Origin: Octopus sinensis
Lineage: Eukaryota
Assembly: GCF_006345805.1 (NCBI RefSeq)
Contig: NC_043003.1
Location: 44,640,001-44,704,000, forward strand
DNA: 64,000 bases
Direction: 5' to 3'
This document shows positions 1 through 12,779 of the stretch, piece after piece. Numbering within the stretch: the stretch's first letter is position 1; each line of letters begins with the position of its first letter. Made by a program: the position numbers and the translations under genes. Under the pieces are notes generated by a model. The model searched no databases. It saw nothing but the letters and a program-made list of their open reading frames with translations, and had not been told where the DNA came from.

Positions 1-270
1 TGAGTTCGATTCCCGGCGACGCGTTGTGTCCTTGAGCAAGACACTTTATTTCACGTTGCTCCAGTCCACTCAGCTGGCAAAAATGAGTTGTACTTGTATT
101 TCAAAGGGTCAGCCTTGTCACTCTCTGTGTCACGCTGACTATCCCCGAGAACTACGTTAAGGGTACACGTGTCTGTGGAATGCTCAGCCATTTGCACGTT
201 AATTTCACGAGCAAGCTGTTCCGTTGATCGTATCAGCTGGGACCCTCGTCGTCGTAACCGGCGGAGTAAG
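1..270 (+). mobile_element. tRNA-derived SINE (family A), 5' end cut by the window edge
   Basis: B-box-like GAGTTCGATTCCC at 2-14, followed by the central domain CCTTGAGCAAGACACTTTATTTCACGTTGCTCCAGTCCACTCAGCTG, which recurs inverted at ~49830-49890. Confidence 0.75.
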
Positions 271-417
271 AAGATTTATTCACCTGCTTCGCATACGCGA
301 TAATGATATTCTAAGCAATGCAACCCATTTTCCGAGATTCATCTGGCGTTTTTACTGCTTGGCATACAGATTATTTTCCGCAACATTGCTTGTGTCATAA
401 ATATATGTTGAAATCAT

Positions 418-520
418 ATCGGGGTCGATAAAATAAGTACTGGTTGAACTCTGAGTTTGATTTGATGTTATCGACTTACCTCATCTCCCAAACATCATAG
501 GCTTGAGCCAAAATTTGAAA
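418..520 (+). mobile_element. Degraded 3' part of a family-B SINE
   Basis: GGGGTCGATAAAATAAGTAC...ATCGACTTAC...CCCAAA...GGCTTGAGCCAAAA resembles the 3' half of the copies at 45223-45411 and 46383-46575. Confidence 0.4.
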
Positions 521-544
521 TCGATATTATATATATATATATAT

Positions 545-1284
545 AAAATAAATATAAGAGAGTGGTCCCTATATGGCTCACTCTAGCACCAGTTAATCCA
601 AAAGGTTTCAACCACGAAAATACATGTTTCCCATGAAAGTCAGTACGATTGTTAGCTCACACGGACAGGGCAAATAAAAAATAACAAAAATACAGATTAT
701 TTTGGGACAATTGTTTCGCTATTAATGAATTAAATGTAATTTTACTTACAAAAAAAATCCATTTGTAGCTCGTCAGCCAAAACTATCTGGATGAAATCCA
801 CTCAATCACACGCCAGATTTTACCATAACGATAAATACGCGTGTGGTTCAATTGATTACATCCGACGTTATAATTCAAATGCCCCAACTAACAGCGCGCC
901 AAACTCTCACGGAAAACAAATACAGCATTTAGAAATAAATGCAGCATAATTATAATTAATTAATAAGGGTGAGAGAATTAGATACTAATTTAATAGTATA
1001 TCTATTCAACACCAAGTGGCCTAGTGCTCCGAGAAACCTGGATTATTATAATATTTTATAACATATTATAATATTTTTACAAAATAAATATAAGAGAGTG
1101 GTCCCTATATGGCTCACTCTAGCACCAGTTAATCCAAAAGGTTTCAACCACGAAAATACATGTTTCCCATGAAAGTCAGTACGATTGTTAGCTCACACGG
1201 ACAGGGCAAATAAAAAATAACAAAAATACAGATTATTTTGGGACAATTGTTTCGCTATTAATGAATTAAATGTAATTTTACTTA
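545..1284 (-). mobile_element. Hammerhead-bearing non-autonomous Penelope-like/retrozyme-like element: 536-bp unit plus 204-bp partial repeat, flanked by (TA)n
   Basis: 545-748 is repeated at 1081-1284 (period 536). It contains a complete type I hammerhead at 700-782 (-) and the 3' half of a second at 1236-1257. (TA)n tracts lie on both sides. Confidence 0.65.
700..782 (-). ncRNA. Type I hammerhead ribozyme motif
   Basis: Minus strand: stem I TTTTGG/CCAAAA, core CTGACGA, stem II GCTA/TAGC around a 44-nt AT-rich loop, GAAA, palindromic stem III ACAATTGT, GUC cleavage triplet. Predicted cut between 706 and 705. Confidence 0.8.
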
Positions 1285-1589
1285 TATATATATATACCGT
1301 GGCGAACTGGCCAAATTGTCAGCTTGCCCGAAGTTAAGTGTGCTCTTTTAGACATTAGAGTTCATATACGGGCGCCCACGCGAGTATGTAAGGGACCCAA
1401 AATGACAAATGAAACAATTAAGCAAAGCAGTTGGTCAAAGAATTTCCTTAGGGAATTAATAGAGATCAGAATGTATGCTACAGCAGACAGCTAGTCTGTG
1501 GTGATAAAGTGTAAGGGCTGAACCTAGCACTTGTTGGCCTCCACAGGGCAAACAATAAAACCAGAGGCAGATTAGAGTTAACGTATGTT

Positions 1590-1700
1590 TCTATGTATGT
1601 ATGTATGTATGTATGTATGTATGTATGTAGGTAGGTATGTATGTATCTATGTATGTATGTATGTATGTATGTATGTATGTATGTGTGACAGAGTGTATGT
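1590..1700. repeat. (TATG)n microsatellite
   Basis: Direct reading; explains ORFs 1478..1726 and 1591..1830. Confidence 0.95.
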
Positions 1701-2912
1701 ATGTGTGCGTATACGTTTGTGTGCAAGTATGAATGGAGCGAAAAAGTTTTAACGGAAATAAGTTCACATTTATTTTATTTTCAGTGCATGACTGAGCAAT
1801 GACCCTGGAATCAAAGGGGCGCACACACACGTGCGCACTAGCATGGACATATAAAAATTAGAAGTTGTAAACTTCATAATTTCTTTGAGGCAGAGAAAAC
1901 TGGTCTTTACGAGCGAACAAACAAAAAATGTTCTAAAATGCAAATTTTGAGTTTAGCTTTAGTCATAAAATTACGTCTGAAAACAGTTAAAATCCTTTTT
2001 TTTCGGCTTTTGACTTATTGCATACATCTTCAAATGTTTTTCCTTAAATCGAAACTTTTTCTTTCTTTCGTCTATATTTTTCGTCATTTTCTACCATTCC
2101 ATTGCGTCAAATATTTAAAATTACTATGGGCCACAATAAGTAATTTTTGATTTCCTGTTATTTTCTCCCTACCTGTTTGAAACTTTTACATTGCAAGTAT
2201 TGCATGATTTGTTCTCTTGCATCGTCTTTGGGAGTAAAAGATGGTCAGCATAGTTGTTGATGAAGTTGATAGAATTTTGAAATAAAATCAGGTGACAGGT
2301 ACCTATCTTTCAAGAAATTGTTCCTCAAATTCGACTCGATTATCATTGAGGTTGCAAACAAAATATCTGGATAATTTTTGATGCTTAACAAGTAATATTC
2401 TTTTCTGTTGGATTCCATGTCAATTTCTTCCTACATTAACATCTAATTTCAGGATTTTCTATCTTCTAAAAATTATGTCTAAATGACAAATGACTAATTT
2501 CAATAGTGGCAGATCCGGATCGGAACACCTACATGTTTGATTTTCTCCGTATTGAAAGTGATTTTTCCAACTTCTTTTTTACAAAGGTCTAATTTTTTCT
2601 CACTTGCCCTTCTCTTCCTCCCATCCGGAGCCATTTTGGCCAATTTACTTTTAAATACCCACTTAAAAGTGATGTGAGATGCCTTTACGGTTAATATTTT
2701 TTCACAGGAAAAGTTGTGTACGTTAAAGGAGATTTAGCTGTTGTTTCTAGTACATTCTACGACCACCTTCGTCACTGTCACGTGTATTGATGTTTTTCAG
2801 TACTTTTCTCCACGCAAGCACTTTTATGCGATTAAAACAAATTGAAAACTTTTGATTTTTTTAAACATCCAATTGTTTCTGTTTATAAAGTCATCTGAAA
2901 GATAATTTCGTA

Positions 2913-4496
2913 CTTCTTCGGTGTCCCAAAGCCCCACCCGACCCCATAACTTTTGAACCAGTAATTGTTTTCCAATTTTTTTTCAGATCCATGTTTTCGA
3001 TATCGGAGATTACGATTTACCACACAAAAAAAAAAATGGAAAAAAAATTAATTTCAGTTTCCCCTCCTCAATTTATTTGCTTTGCTTACAGTTGACAAGA
3101 CGTGCTGTCACGCACAAAATAACAGCTTCCAAACCCTGTTTCCTGATTGGGCGAAAATTATCAAACTTTAAAACTCTATAACTTGTTAAAAACATTTTTT
3201 TCTGGAAAGAGTGTAACAGCTCCAGTAATTTAGCTTGGATGGAAAAGTATATTATTGTGCCAAATGTTAAAATTTTCAATAAATATTCATTTTTGAAATT
3301 CTGGTAGCCAAACCAACTAGATGCATAGTGAGACTATTTGTTATTGGAAGAATTTCTATTGTGATATATGTGCAGGGAAATTATGAATGGATCCTTTATT
3401 ACTTGGTGGCCCTGGTCGAGAGGTTGAGACTGATGAGTCTATATTTACACGGAGAAATGAGCATGTTGGCAGGTTGATATTGATACAACATGTAAGGAGC
3501 GTTTCCTTGAAGCAGTGGCAAAAGGGGACTTCAACATTGTTTTACCTGTGTTGGACGAGTACGTGAGATTAGCAACCACTGTAGGGTGAGATCTATGGCG
3601 AGCATACAGCACCATTGGTAACCGAGGACTCCCACATCTAACAGTCAATCCTCAAATGAATTTCGTTGGTCCTCTCAAGAAACCACACTAAATACAGCCG
3701 AAAATCTGTGGATAAGGGCAAAGCGGAGTAACAAGGAGAGTGCAACTTCACGTTCACTCTTTGACACTTATTTGGTCGACTCTATGTGAAGAAAAAATAT
3801 GTTAATGGTAATGTTTTCAACAATATTATTAGTCAAATTCGTGAAGTTTACTCTGTGTGAATGCTTAACTTATATTAAACTACTGTCCTCATTTGAGGAC
3901 AGTTGAAATAAAGTTTGTTCATCTATCATTTATTACATATTCAATTCTATATATTTTACCTGAAATTAGTTTATTTGCTGCAATAAAGATTACTCAGTAT
4001 GTTTTTTAACCTTATTTACTTAAGTACCTTCAGAATTTCGACAGAAATTGCAAAGCAGTCGAACATTTTTCTCTTATAATTACTGAGTACCGATTCAAGT
4101 AATAGGTTGGGGCTACGGGAGATGGTTTAGCGACCAACATTTGAAACATTAAAGTTCACCGAAAATTTCAAAATTTTGCGCTGTAATGTACTATTCCAAG
4201 CTCATTGCTGGGGTTGTTTCACTTTTTCCAGAAAATGTTATTAAAATGTTATAGAGGCTGTGTTTGATAATTTTCACCCAATCACGAAGAATAATTTGGA
4301 AGCTGTCATTTTATGCGTGACAGCACGTCTTGTCAACTGCAAACAAAGCAAATAAATTTGGGGTGAGGGATTGAAATTTACTTTTTATTTATGTATTTAT
4401 TTTTGCTAAATCGTAATCTCAGATATCGAAAACATGAATAAGCTAAAAAAAAATTACTAGTTCAAAATTTATAGGGGTGGGGGAATTCCGAACATG
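2913..4496. mobile_element. Candidate non-autonomous DNA transposon with ~370-bp imperfect terminal inverted repeats
   Basis: ~2910-3300 is the reverse complement of ~4135-4500 (shared core CAGTTGACAAGACGTGCTGTCACGCA; CATGTTTTCGATATC-GAGATTACGATTTA). TA at 2911-2912 and 4497-4498 could be a Tc1/mariner-type TSD. Confidence 0.5.
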
Positions 4497-5406
4497 TACC
4501 GATAATTTATTTTAATAGCATTATTTTTATCAGTAAATACGTTTTCTTACAAACACACACACACATGCACAGACCCACACACATGCACAGACCCACAGAA
4601 ACACAGACACTCATGCACACACACGGCTTCGCTTGGTCGGGCAGTGGTAGAGATTTAAATTTCAAATCACTTGTTGCTTAGATCCCAGCAGTGTATCACG
4701 CGTGTGTTACCTCCGTATCATCATTCCATAATATATGTTTTTTGGAAGAAAGTTATAGAAAAAAACCTCAACACATGTGACAGTGACAAAAACACGAGGA
4801 TGTGCTAGTAACAACAACCAAATCACCCTTAAATCACACACCTTTACTTTTGAAGACATTTATATTTTTCTTTTTTTTTACCAAAAATAATTCTCTCCTG
4901 GTTTTTTAGTGCGTAGTGCCAAAAAATTTGGGCAATATCGGCCAGGATTATGGGGCTGTGGTGGAAAAAAAGCCATGAATTTTCAGAACCATTTTCATAA
5001 AACGTTTCCCCCACCAACCCATCACCTCGAAAGCCTGAGTGGTAAATAAAATTCGAAAAACCCCTGTTTAAACGGAGAAAATAGACTTATGTCGGCGTCC
5101 CCCACCTCAATAATGATGCGTAAATATACTGATTTTAATTTTTTACCTACAAATTAAAACGTCGAAATTATATAGAGCAGAGATAATGTACACGCAAAAG
5201 GGTTAAAATACTTAGTTTGAAGTATTATTGCTCGCTGTTAAGCCATTTATCGAAGAAAAAAGAAAACTAAGGAATTTTTTTTTTATCTCCTACATAAATA
5301 TGATGATGTAAGTTTGTGAGGGTGAATAATACTATTTATCTGGTTCAAACTTATATCAACCATTGCGGCTGGACCCTTTAGCCTCCTGCCTGTCACTATA
5401 TGTACT

Positions 5407-5461
<55 letters not shown>

Positions 5462-5468
5462 TATACAC

Positions 5469-5664
5469 TTTTACTCTTTTACTTGTTTCAGTCATTTGAC
5501 TATGGCCATGCTGGAGCACCACCTTTAGTCGAGCAAATCGATCTCAGTACTTATTCTATGAGACTCTTTTGCCGAACCGCTAAGTTACACGGGCGATGGT
5601 CAAGCGATGTTGGGGGACAAACGCAGACACACAAACATACACCACACACACACACATATATGTG

Positions 5665-5735
<71 letters not shown>

Positions 5736-5900
5736 TCGACGGGATTCTTTCAGTTTCCGTCTACCAAATTCCCTCAGAAGGCTTTGGTCGGCCCGAGACT
5801 ATAGTAGAAGACACTTGCCCATAGTGCCACGCAGTGGGACTGAATCCGGAAGCATGTGGTTCGTAAGCAAACTACTAACCACACAGCCACTCCTATGCCT
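5469..5900 (-). mobile_element. tRNA-derived SINE (family C) with internal (CA)/(TA) microsatellite
   Basis: Minus-strand head with A-box TGGCTGTGTGG and B-box-like GGATTCAGTCCC; tail ...GCATGGCCATAGTCAAATGACTGAAACAAGTAAAAGA. Same layout as 26002-26405. Confidence 0.8.
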
Positions 5901-6149
5901 ATATAATTGAAATTTATAGAAAAGCAAAAGACAAAGGCAGACATATGAACACCAATCAAGGTTTCGAGTCTACGTTCTTCAACAGAAAGGAATAATAGGA
6001 AATAAACAGAGAGAGAATAAAAACAAACACGTGTACAGTTCAGCGGTCCAGCACTATCCTGTTATTTGTCAAGAGAAAGCTACTCATACAGTGATATAAA
6101 TATAATTTAACATATTAATATATAGAATCTGTTAGCTGTCAGAAATTTT

Positions 6150-6310
6150 AACAAGGTCAGTAGAATGCTTCGTTGCATTTTGTCTGTCTTGACATTCTGA
6201 GCTCAGATTCCACTGAAGGTGAATCCGGTTTTCGAAATCGATTAAATAAGTACACATTGAGCACTGAGATCTCCCCTTCCCAAACGTGTGCGGCCTTGTG
6301 CCAACATTTA
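6150..6310 (+). mobile_element. Highly degraded family-B SINE
   Basis: GAATGCTT...TTTTGTCTGTCTTGACATTCTGAGCTCAGATTCC...CGATTAAATAAGTAC...GGCCTTGTGCC aligns loosely with 45223-45411. Confidence 0.4.
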
Positions 6311-6516
6311 AAACCCATATATTAATATACATAGGATTTGCAAAAGCTCACTTTTACATCGCGCTATTATTAGTTTCTTGCCTTTGTGAGTTTTCGTGAT
6401 TACCTGAAAATACACAAAAAACTATTAAAACTTGTCTGAACACTCTATTTTCACAAGCATGATGCTAATAGTAGCTCGCTTTAAATTCGATTTATATTAA
6501 TTTATACGATGATAAG

Positions 6517-7386
6517 TCAAATATTATACGCACTCTTATTTCTGTAAACTATTGAAACAAACTTATAGATTGAACAATTGTATCCTATTTCGGCAAATTC
6601 AACTTGCTTTTCTATGCATTTCTGATGGTCCATGACCTTGCTCATTCCATCAGACAAGGAATTTTTCAGCTGGTCTCGCAGCCATTTATGCACCATTTCC
6701 TGCACTTCTTCTTCTGTGGTAATTTGATGACACTGTAAAGTCCGTTTGTGCGGTCCAGTATTGTTATTCGGAAGAGGCAAGGTGTGAATGTAAGCAGGGT
6801 GATCCAATAAAAAGAAACCCAATTTTTCAATGGTTTCAGCTGTTTGAGCGGGCGTACATGGGTGTACATTGTTCTGCAGTTATAAAACTTGATTCGGCAA
6901 TAAACCTAGGCCGAACCATGACTAATTTGCAAAGTCGATGCTGTCTCATCGATGGCCACTCGTTGGTTAGTCAGAATCATCTCTTGAGCTTGTTTCATCT
7001 TCATATTAATGGTGGAGGTTGAATAGCGTTCTGTTCGCTCTACTTGATTCAGACTTGTCCAGCCATTTTAAAACTTCGCTATCAACATATAAACACTTAT
7101 ATGCCGTAGAAAGTTTTACCTATATTGTATTGAAAGCCTGCGATGCATGTCAACCACTGGCACAACAACAGACCAGAGAAATTGGGTCTCTCGTCACTGT
7201 TTCCTTGGTGCAAGTTCGACCATATTTTCTCTGTAACATAAGAAGGAAAACAGTGATCAATATCCAACCTTGGTTACGTAATTGAAAACGTACCACATTT
7301 TAGCCTGCGACTGCTGAATAGAGAGCACGGCCAGCTTAAAGAAAGTTTTGGTGAAAATGTGGAAACTTCTTGACTTCCCTGGTGTA
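6517..7386 (-). mobile_element. Mariner transposon remnant, internally deleted
   Basis: Minus-strand translation LQNNVHPCTPAQTAETIEKLGFFLLDHPAY...EEEVQEMVHKWLRDQLKNSLSDGMSKVMDHQKCIEKQVEFAE matches the mariner HDNARPH/HPPYSPDLAP/KCI C-terminal region. A TIR-like end CACCAGGGAAGTCAAGAAGTTTC sits next to TA at ~7360-7386. Confidence 0.75.
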
Positions 7387-8619
7387 TATATACATATGTA
7401 CACATACACAGATATAAATTTCAGAATTTACACTGGCATGAGGGAGGAAGAGGTGTATTAGTAATAATAGTTACTGAAGATGGAATGATTAAATAGAATG
7501 TAGCATATGAACGTGTGTTGAAAAGCAAATATATTTTAGTAAAATATAAAGACGGGGCAGCAGTGTGAGAAGTATGTATTATGGAGAACAAATAAGAAGG
7601 GAAAAGAAAATATATTAAAGAATCAAAGACAAAGAAATGTACTTTTCTGTTGGTTTAAGAAACTTGACAGGACGTAAATATATGAGTGAGTAGTGTGGAG
7701 CAGAGGTAGGAGATTAAAAGGAAAGCTATCAGAACGAAAGGGAGAAGTACAAAAGAAATAACCCATCTTATGTCAGAAGAAGCACGTACGATTTCTTCAA
7801 GAACTGATTTAGTATATACCTAAGCGTTTAAATAAATATGGAGCCACTAGAAAGATACATTCAAGAAGGAAAAAACTCATATATACATGAAAATATATAT
7901 TGATGAATTATCATGAAATAAAAAAGAACATAGAAAATGAAAGACCTTAAAAGATCTATTCAAATTTATGTAGGTTACTTGTCTATATAGGCCAAGTTAA
8001 TAACTGTAAAAAGGACGAGTAGTGAAATACATAAAACAAGGAATGAGATTCCCAGATCATAATACGAGGTTATAATTATCTAAACCGACTGATTTCTGTC
8101 GATATAGAGTTACAAGAAAAAGTTTTGAAAAATGTATGCCCACAGAAAGTGACTATTCTATGGAGATTATTAAGAATAAGCTACTTAATATCACGCAATA
8201 TGTGAAGGACTTTTTTGGTACACAAAGGTCATGTAGTGCTAGTATCCTGGTAAAATATTGCAGTACTAATTACAGAAACCGTGACGTAACACGAAATATT
8301 TTAGCTTTAGAGTTCTGGATACAATTTGCCTGTGTGGTAGAATATTTACCCTCAGTGTTACGGAATGAGCAACGTCTCTTAAAATGGGGAGAAGACACAC
8401 TAATAATATTACTACACACTAGTAATATTACTAGTGGTTTCGAAATATGTCGAAGACACAGCAATTACGGAGTAATAGAGCGCCGCGTGAAAAATATCTT
8501 AACATCAGTTATTATTTCACAGACCATTATTTTGAGATATTCATTGAGATGAACACACACACACACATGTATCCATATAGCCAAAGAGGGGGGAGAGAGA
8601 GGTGCAACAGCTAGACGGG

Positions 8620-8628
8620 TAGACAGAC

Positions 8629-8701
<73 letters not shown>

Positions 8702-8733
8702 TATAGATGGATAGATGGATAGATAGATAGATA
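8620..8733. repeat. (GATA)n microsatellite, left flank of the Tx1-like LINE
   Basis: Direct reading. Confidence 0.95.
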
Positions 8734-8734
8734 T

Positions 8735-9827
8735 GTTTCTTTATTAGCCACACAGGGCTGCACACAGATAGAACAAATTGCAAGGTAGAGCTTTTCTTTT
8801 GAAGGTATTAAAAAAAAAAAAAAAAAAAAAGGAAGGGGAGGTTCGATCAAAAGGGATCGTAAAAGGAGAGAAAGAGGACAAAAATAAGGGGGGTAAAAAA
8901 AAAAAAAAAAAAAAAGGGGGGGGGGGAGGAAAAAAAATGATCAATAGGGATCGTTATCACAGAAATGTCAATATGAAGTGTAAAGGGGAGGACAGGTGAG
9001 GTTTACCCGTGAAAGAAAAGCCTGCGGAAAAGACCACGGTACCTCGGTCAATGAAGTCACATTTTATATTTCTTTTTTTTTTTTTTTTTTTTTTGCAAAT
9101 AAGCAACTCTCTGTTTTCGATTTCTGGGTTCATAGGACTATGCTCAAGGTGGCTTCGTCATTCATACGTGCCATTCTTGCTACATTCACCCATCTTTTTT
9201 TAAAACATTCGCTAGACAAAACTTGCCTCTCTACTCTCACTTTCCTTTTCAAGTGGTACTTGAAGAAGTTGATGAGAGATTGACCAGAGAGGAAAGTGTT
9301 TGTCTCCAATCCTTTCAGACGCGTCCACCAGATACATTCTTTCGCCATAGCCACAATGATGATGAAAATAGCTCTTCCTTCCCGTTTGAAGGAAGGAGGC
9401 GTGACAATATTGACGATAGACTCAGCTGATAAACCGACTCGTCCCACACGTGACAGCAGTTGTTCGACATAAGCCCACAGGTCGGAAATTGTTGGACACT
9501 GAACGAGTGCGTGCAGAACGGTTTCGTCGCTCTGACCGCATCTCGGGCAGGTCGGCCCCGTGTTTTCTCGAGCCGTGTCTGTAGAGCTTATCCCGAACGG
9601 GTAGCGCTTCTCGGTAGCACTGCCAGGCCAGGGATCTCTGGAAGTTGTCCATGGGCCCTGGCCCGAAAGTCGTCCCGAACAGGCGGGTCAGGTACTCCTC
9701 GTCGACGTCCAGGTTCGCCCCGAGCTCGTCGTCGTACCTCCCCTCCACTAAACCCCTATAGAATGCTTTGGTTGTGTTGAAGTCACTTAAGGTCGACCCA
9801 GGACGGCAGAGTTGCTTGAGAGCAACG

Positions 9828-9828
<1 letters not shown>
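8735..9828 (-). mobile_element. 5'-truncated Tx1/L1-clade LINE (ORF2 C-terminus plus 3' UTR) between (GATA)n tracts
   Basis: Joining ORFs 9422..9748 and 9130..9447 across one frameshift near 9560 gives TTKAFYRGLVEGRYDDELG...LAWQCYREALPVRDKL...CPRCGQSDETVLHALVQC (CCHC zinc finger)...MAKECIWWTR, typical of L1/Tx1 ORF2 ends. AATAAA at the 3' end; GC-rich relative to flanks. Confidence 0.8.
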
Positions 9829-9889
<61 letters not shown>

Positions 9890-12157
9890 AGATAGATAGA
9901 TATACAGATAGAGATCTAGATAGATAAATATATAGACAGGTGTAAAGCTAGACAGATAGATACACAGAAAGACAGGGTGGAATGACAGATAGTCGTAAAT
10001 GCATGAAGGTCATGTGTTAGTGTCCATTTTAAAGCATTTGAGGAAATTGCAAAGAAAGAAAAATCGTTGTACACTAGTAAAATTGATTGTGTCAAACGAT
10101 ATATGTATGAAGCAAATAACCAAACTTCACAGCACATCGTCATCTATGACAATATTAATAAAACTTGCTTTCGATAATTGTACTAAACTGATGTAATAAG
10201 AAATGAGAAAAATTACTTAATTTATTCATATTTTCAGAATAGAAATTCTATTCTAAATAAAGACTAAGTCTAAATGGAGGAAGAAAAGATAAATCAAAAT
10301 AAATCAGACTACGGCCAAACTTTATCCATCATGGACTTTTTTCAGCAGCCAATAGCAAATGTTTGAATGTGATATCTTAATAATATGGAAACAAAACTGT
10401 GTTCCGTTTCTTTTCCTTCTTGCCAGGAATTGTATAGGGTTTCTATGACTTATTCATGCGATCTACGCCCGAGTATATTGAATTTTATTTTAAATGCAGA
10501 GTTTTCACCTTATTCTACAGCTAGTTATTTTCATTAAGCATCCGTATTTCTCTCATCACATCTCACACGCCAGAAGTCCGACTTACTTATTCACTAATAG
10601 AGCTATATTATCTAACAGTTCAATCGGGGTTCAACTTACGCTTGCTAGCTACGTGGACTATAACAACGTGAAACAAAATGTCTTGTTCAAGGCCGATAGG
10701 TGTTATCAAGAACTGAACACCTGACGATACGGTTGTGAGATGAATACACTTCCTACTAAGCCACACGCCTTCAAATGGAAATTAAAAACTGAAATGTTAG
10801 ACCTTGCTACGTTTCTTTACTAGCATTTCTATAATATTTTAACAAAACCCACCAATTTGCTGACACTTTGTAAAGATGCGAACGAAATTTGTGAAAGTTA
10901 TATCACCTGCCAATATTATATTTCTCATGGTTTGTATACCATGTTTCCGTATAAATGCGTGTGTATATTTCAATGTTAAATTTTGTGGGTTTGCTTTAAA
11001 AGATTAACGTATGGTAAGGCATTATTGATCTGTCGGAGAGAAACTTTGAGATTCCTGGTAATATTCGGTAATGGTTAGAAATAAAAGAAACATCAGATAA
11101 TGTACTTCTATATATCTTTGGAAACATGAATGGAATGGCGTTGGTAATTGAACAGTCTGATGTGTATTGAAAAGGTACTAAACAAGGAAAGATGTGTTCA
11201 GCGTTCGTATTTCTTCTATTATATGCCTTGATTTTACTTTTAATTAGACACACAAACTTCATAGAGGAAACAAATACAAAATTATATATCTTATGTTACT
11301 GATTACGATATTTCGATATTTTTCCAAACATGTTGATTCTTTTTCCTTTTCTTTTTTTTTAGGAAAAAATTTCTTTAACTTTTTAACTGTTCAACATTAA
11401 CTTCATTGTGGTCAGTCATAGCAGAAATATTCCAACATTTTAAAGGATTTTTAAAATCCTATGACGATTCTTCTCAAGAGAATTTTGGATTACATCTTGC
11501 AATGCAAGCCACGTCTCTCATATTTTCACTTTTATGTTTATCAGTATTAAATTAATAACACCTCTATTACCGCAAATCCCCACACCGAGTTTCCATTCGC
11601 TCGTATATCATATGGAGGCAATGGCAAGTTGACTGGGAAGGAACTTATCAAAAATCTAATATTAAATCTAATATCAGCATACGAACGTTGTCTAAGACAA
11701 ATGGCATCTGATTCTGCCAGGCAAACCTATTAGCCAGGAGCTCTGATGTTTAAGACTTGACATATAAGAGAGAATCAAGAGTCATGAAAACATGTATTAG
11801 TGCACACAATGCTGAGAAATTACTTAGAATCATATTTAAAGACAGTTATTCTAGCAAGTGTAGGACTAGTTATAACTACTAATGAGTTGTAGTTTTACAA
11901 CCAGCATAAAGTTTATCTATTGCAATCGCCATTAAATTATTCCATTAAAATTATATTTCATCTGGTCCATTTCAAACAACGTTTGACTGCTTCAATCCAA
12001 TTAATATTAAATTGTTTCCATATATCCAACTCTCTCTCTATATAAAATCTGCGGTACTTCAAACACTACCGTTATATTTCTTTATAATCGATGTAGTGTC
12101 TATATATAATTACGTCGACTATTAAGATATTGCACTATAAGATCCGCGTATTTTCTC

Positions 12158-12734
12158 ATTACAAAGACTTATAAGATGCCATTCCGATCAACAGTGAGTA
12201 AGGCCACAAATTATAGCAAACAACCATTTATGTCATGAAAATTACCAATGTGGAATTTTATTACTATCGACACTAAGATATGTCATTCTGGTAGTTGACA
12301 GCAACCACCATTCAGATAAACTAATAAATATGTTTTCTTAAAACAAACACGTGTATCATTGAAAGCAATATTGAATTGCGACATTGCAGCCCACTCTTAA
12401 CTGGCTCAGTACATTGCAGGCTTAGATTAGCTTTGTCGATAAAATAGCTGATCTATGTCACCGAAACCTTCCTTGGCTTCTGAACCCTATTACAACTACT
12501 TATTGCCTCTCAGTTATAAATGAGCAGTTGCAGCGGCTAACACCACTCAGGCTTTTCATAAAAAGCAACTTTAAATTTCAATGTCTTATTACAATTAACT
12601 TTCGTAAGAATTATTTAAACTATTTAAAGTCTTATTGTTTTCCAAATTTTCTATCGCACTTGTTTCATCGGTTGGATTCATTTTTAAAAGTAATTCCAAA
12701 CAAAAAGTCAGTAGGCAATGTAATATTAATCTAA

Positions 12735-12779
<45 letters not shown>

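Noticed and set aside
3428-3460. CTGATGAGTC...GAAA hammerhead-like string
   Set aside because: The 3' strand of stem II does not pair, and no stem III/GUH or stem I follows.
4830-5206. piggyBac-like terminus ...AAAAGGGTTAA at 5197-5206
   Set aside because: No matching TTAACCC left end or transposase was found in the window; a single short motif is insufficient.
7400-8550. Purine-rich stretch and 138-aa ORF (8136..8552) as a LINE remnant or gene
   Set aside because: No RT, endonuclease or other diagnostic motif was recognisable.
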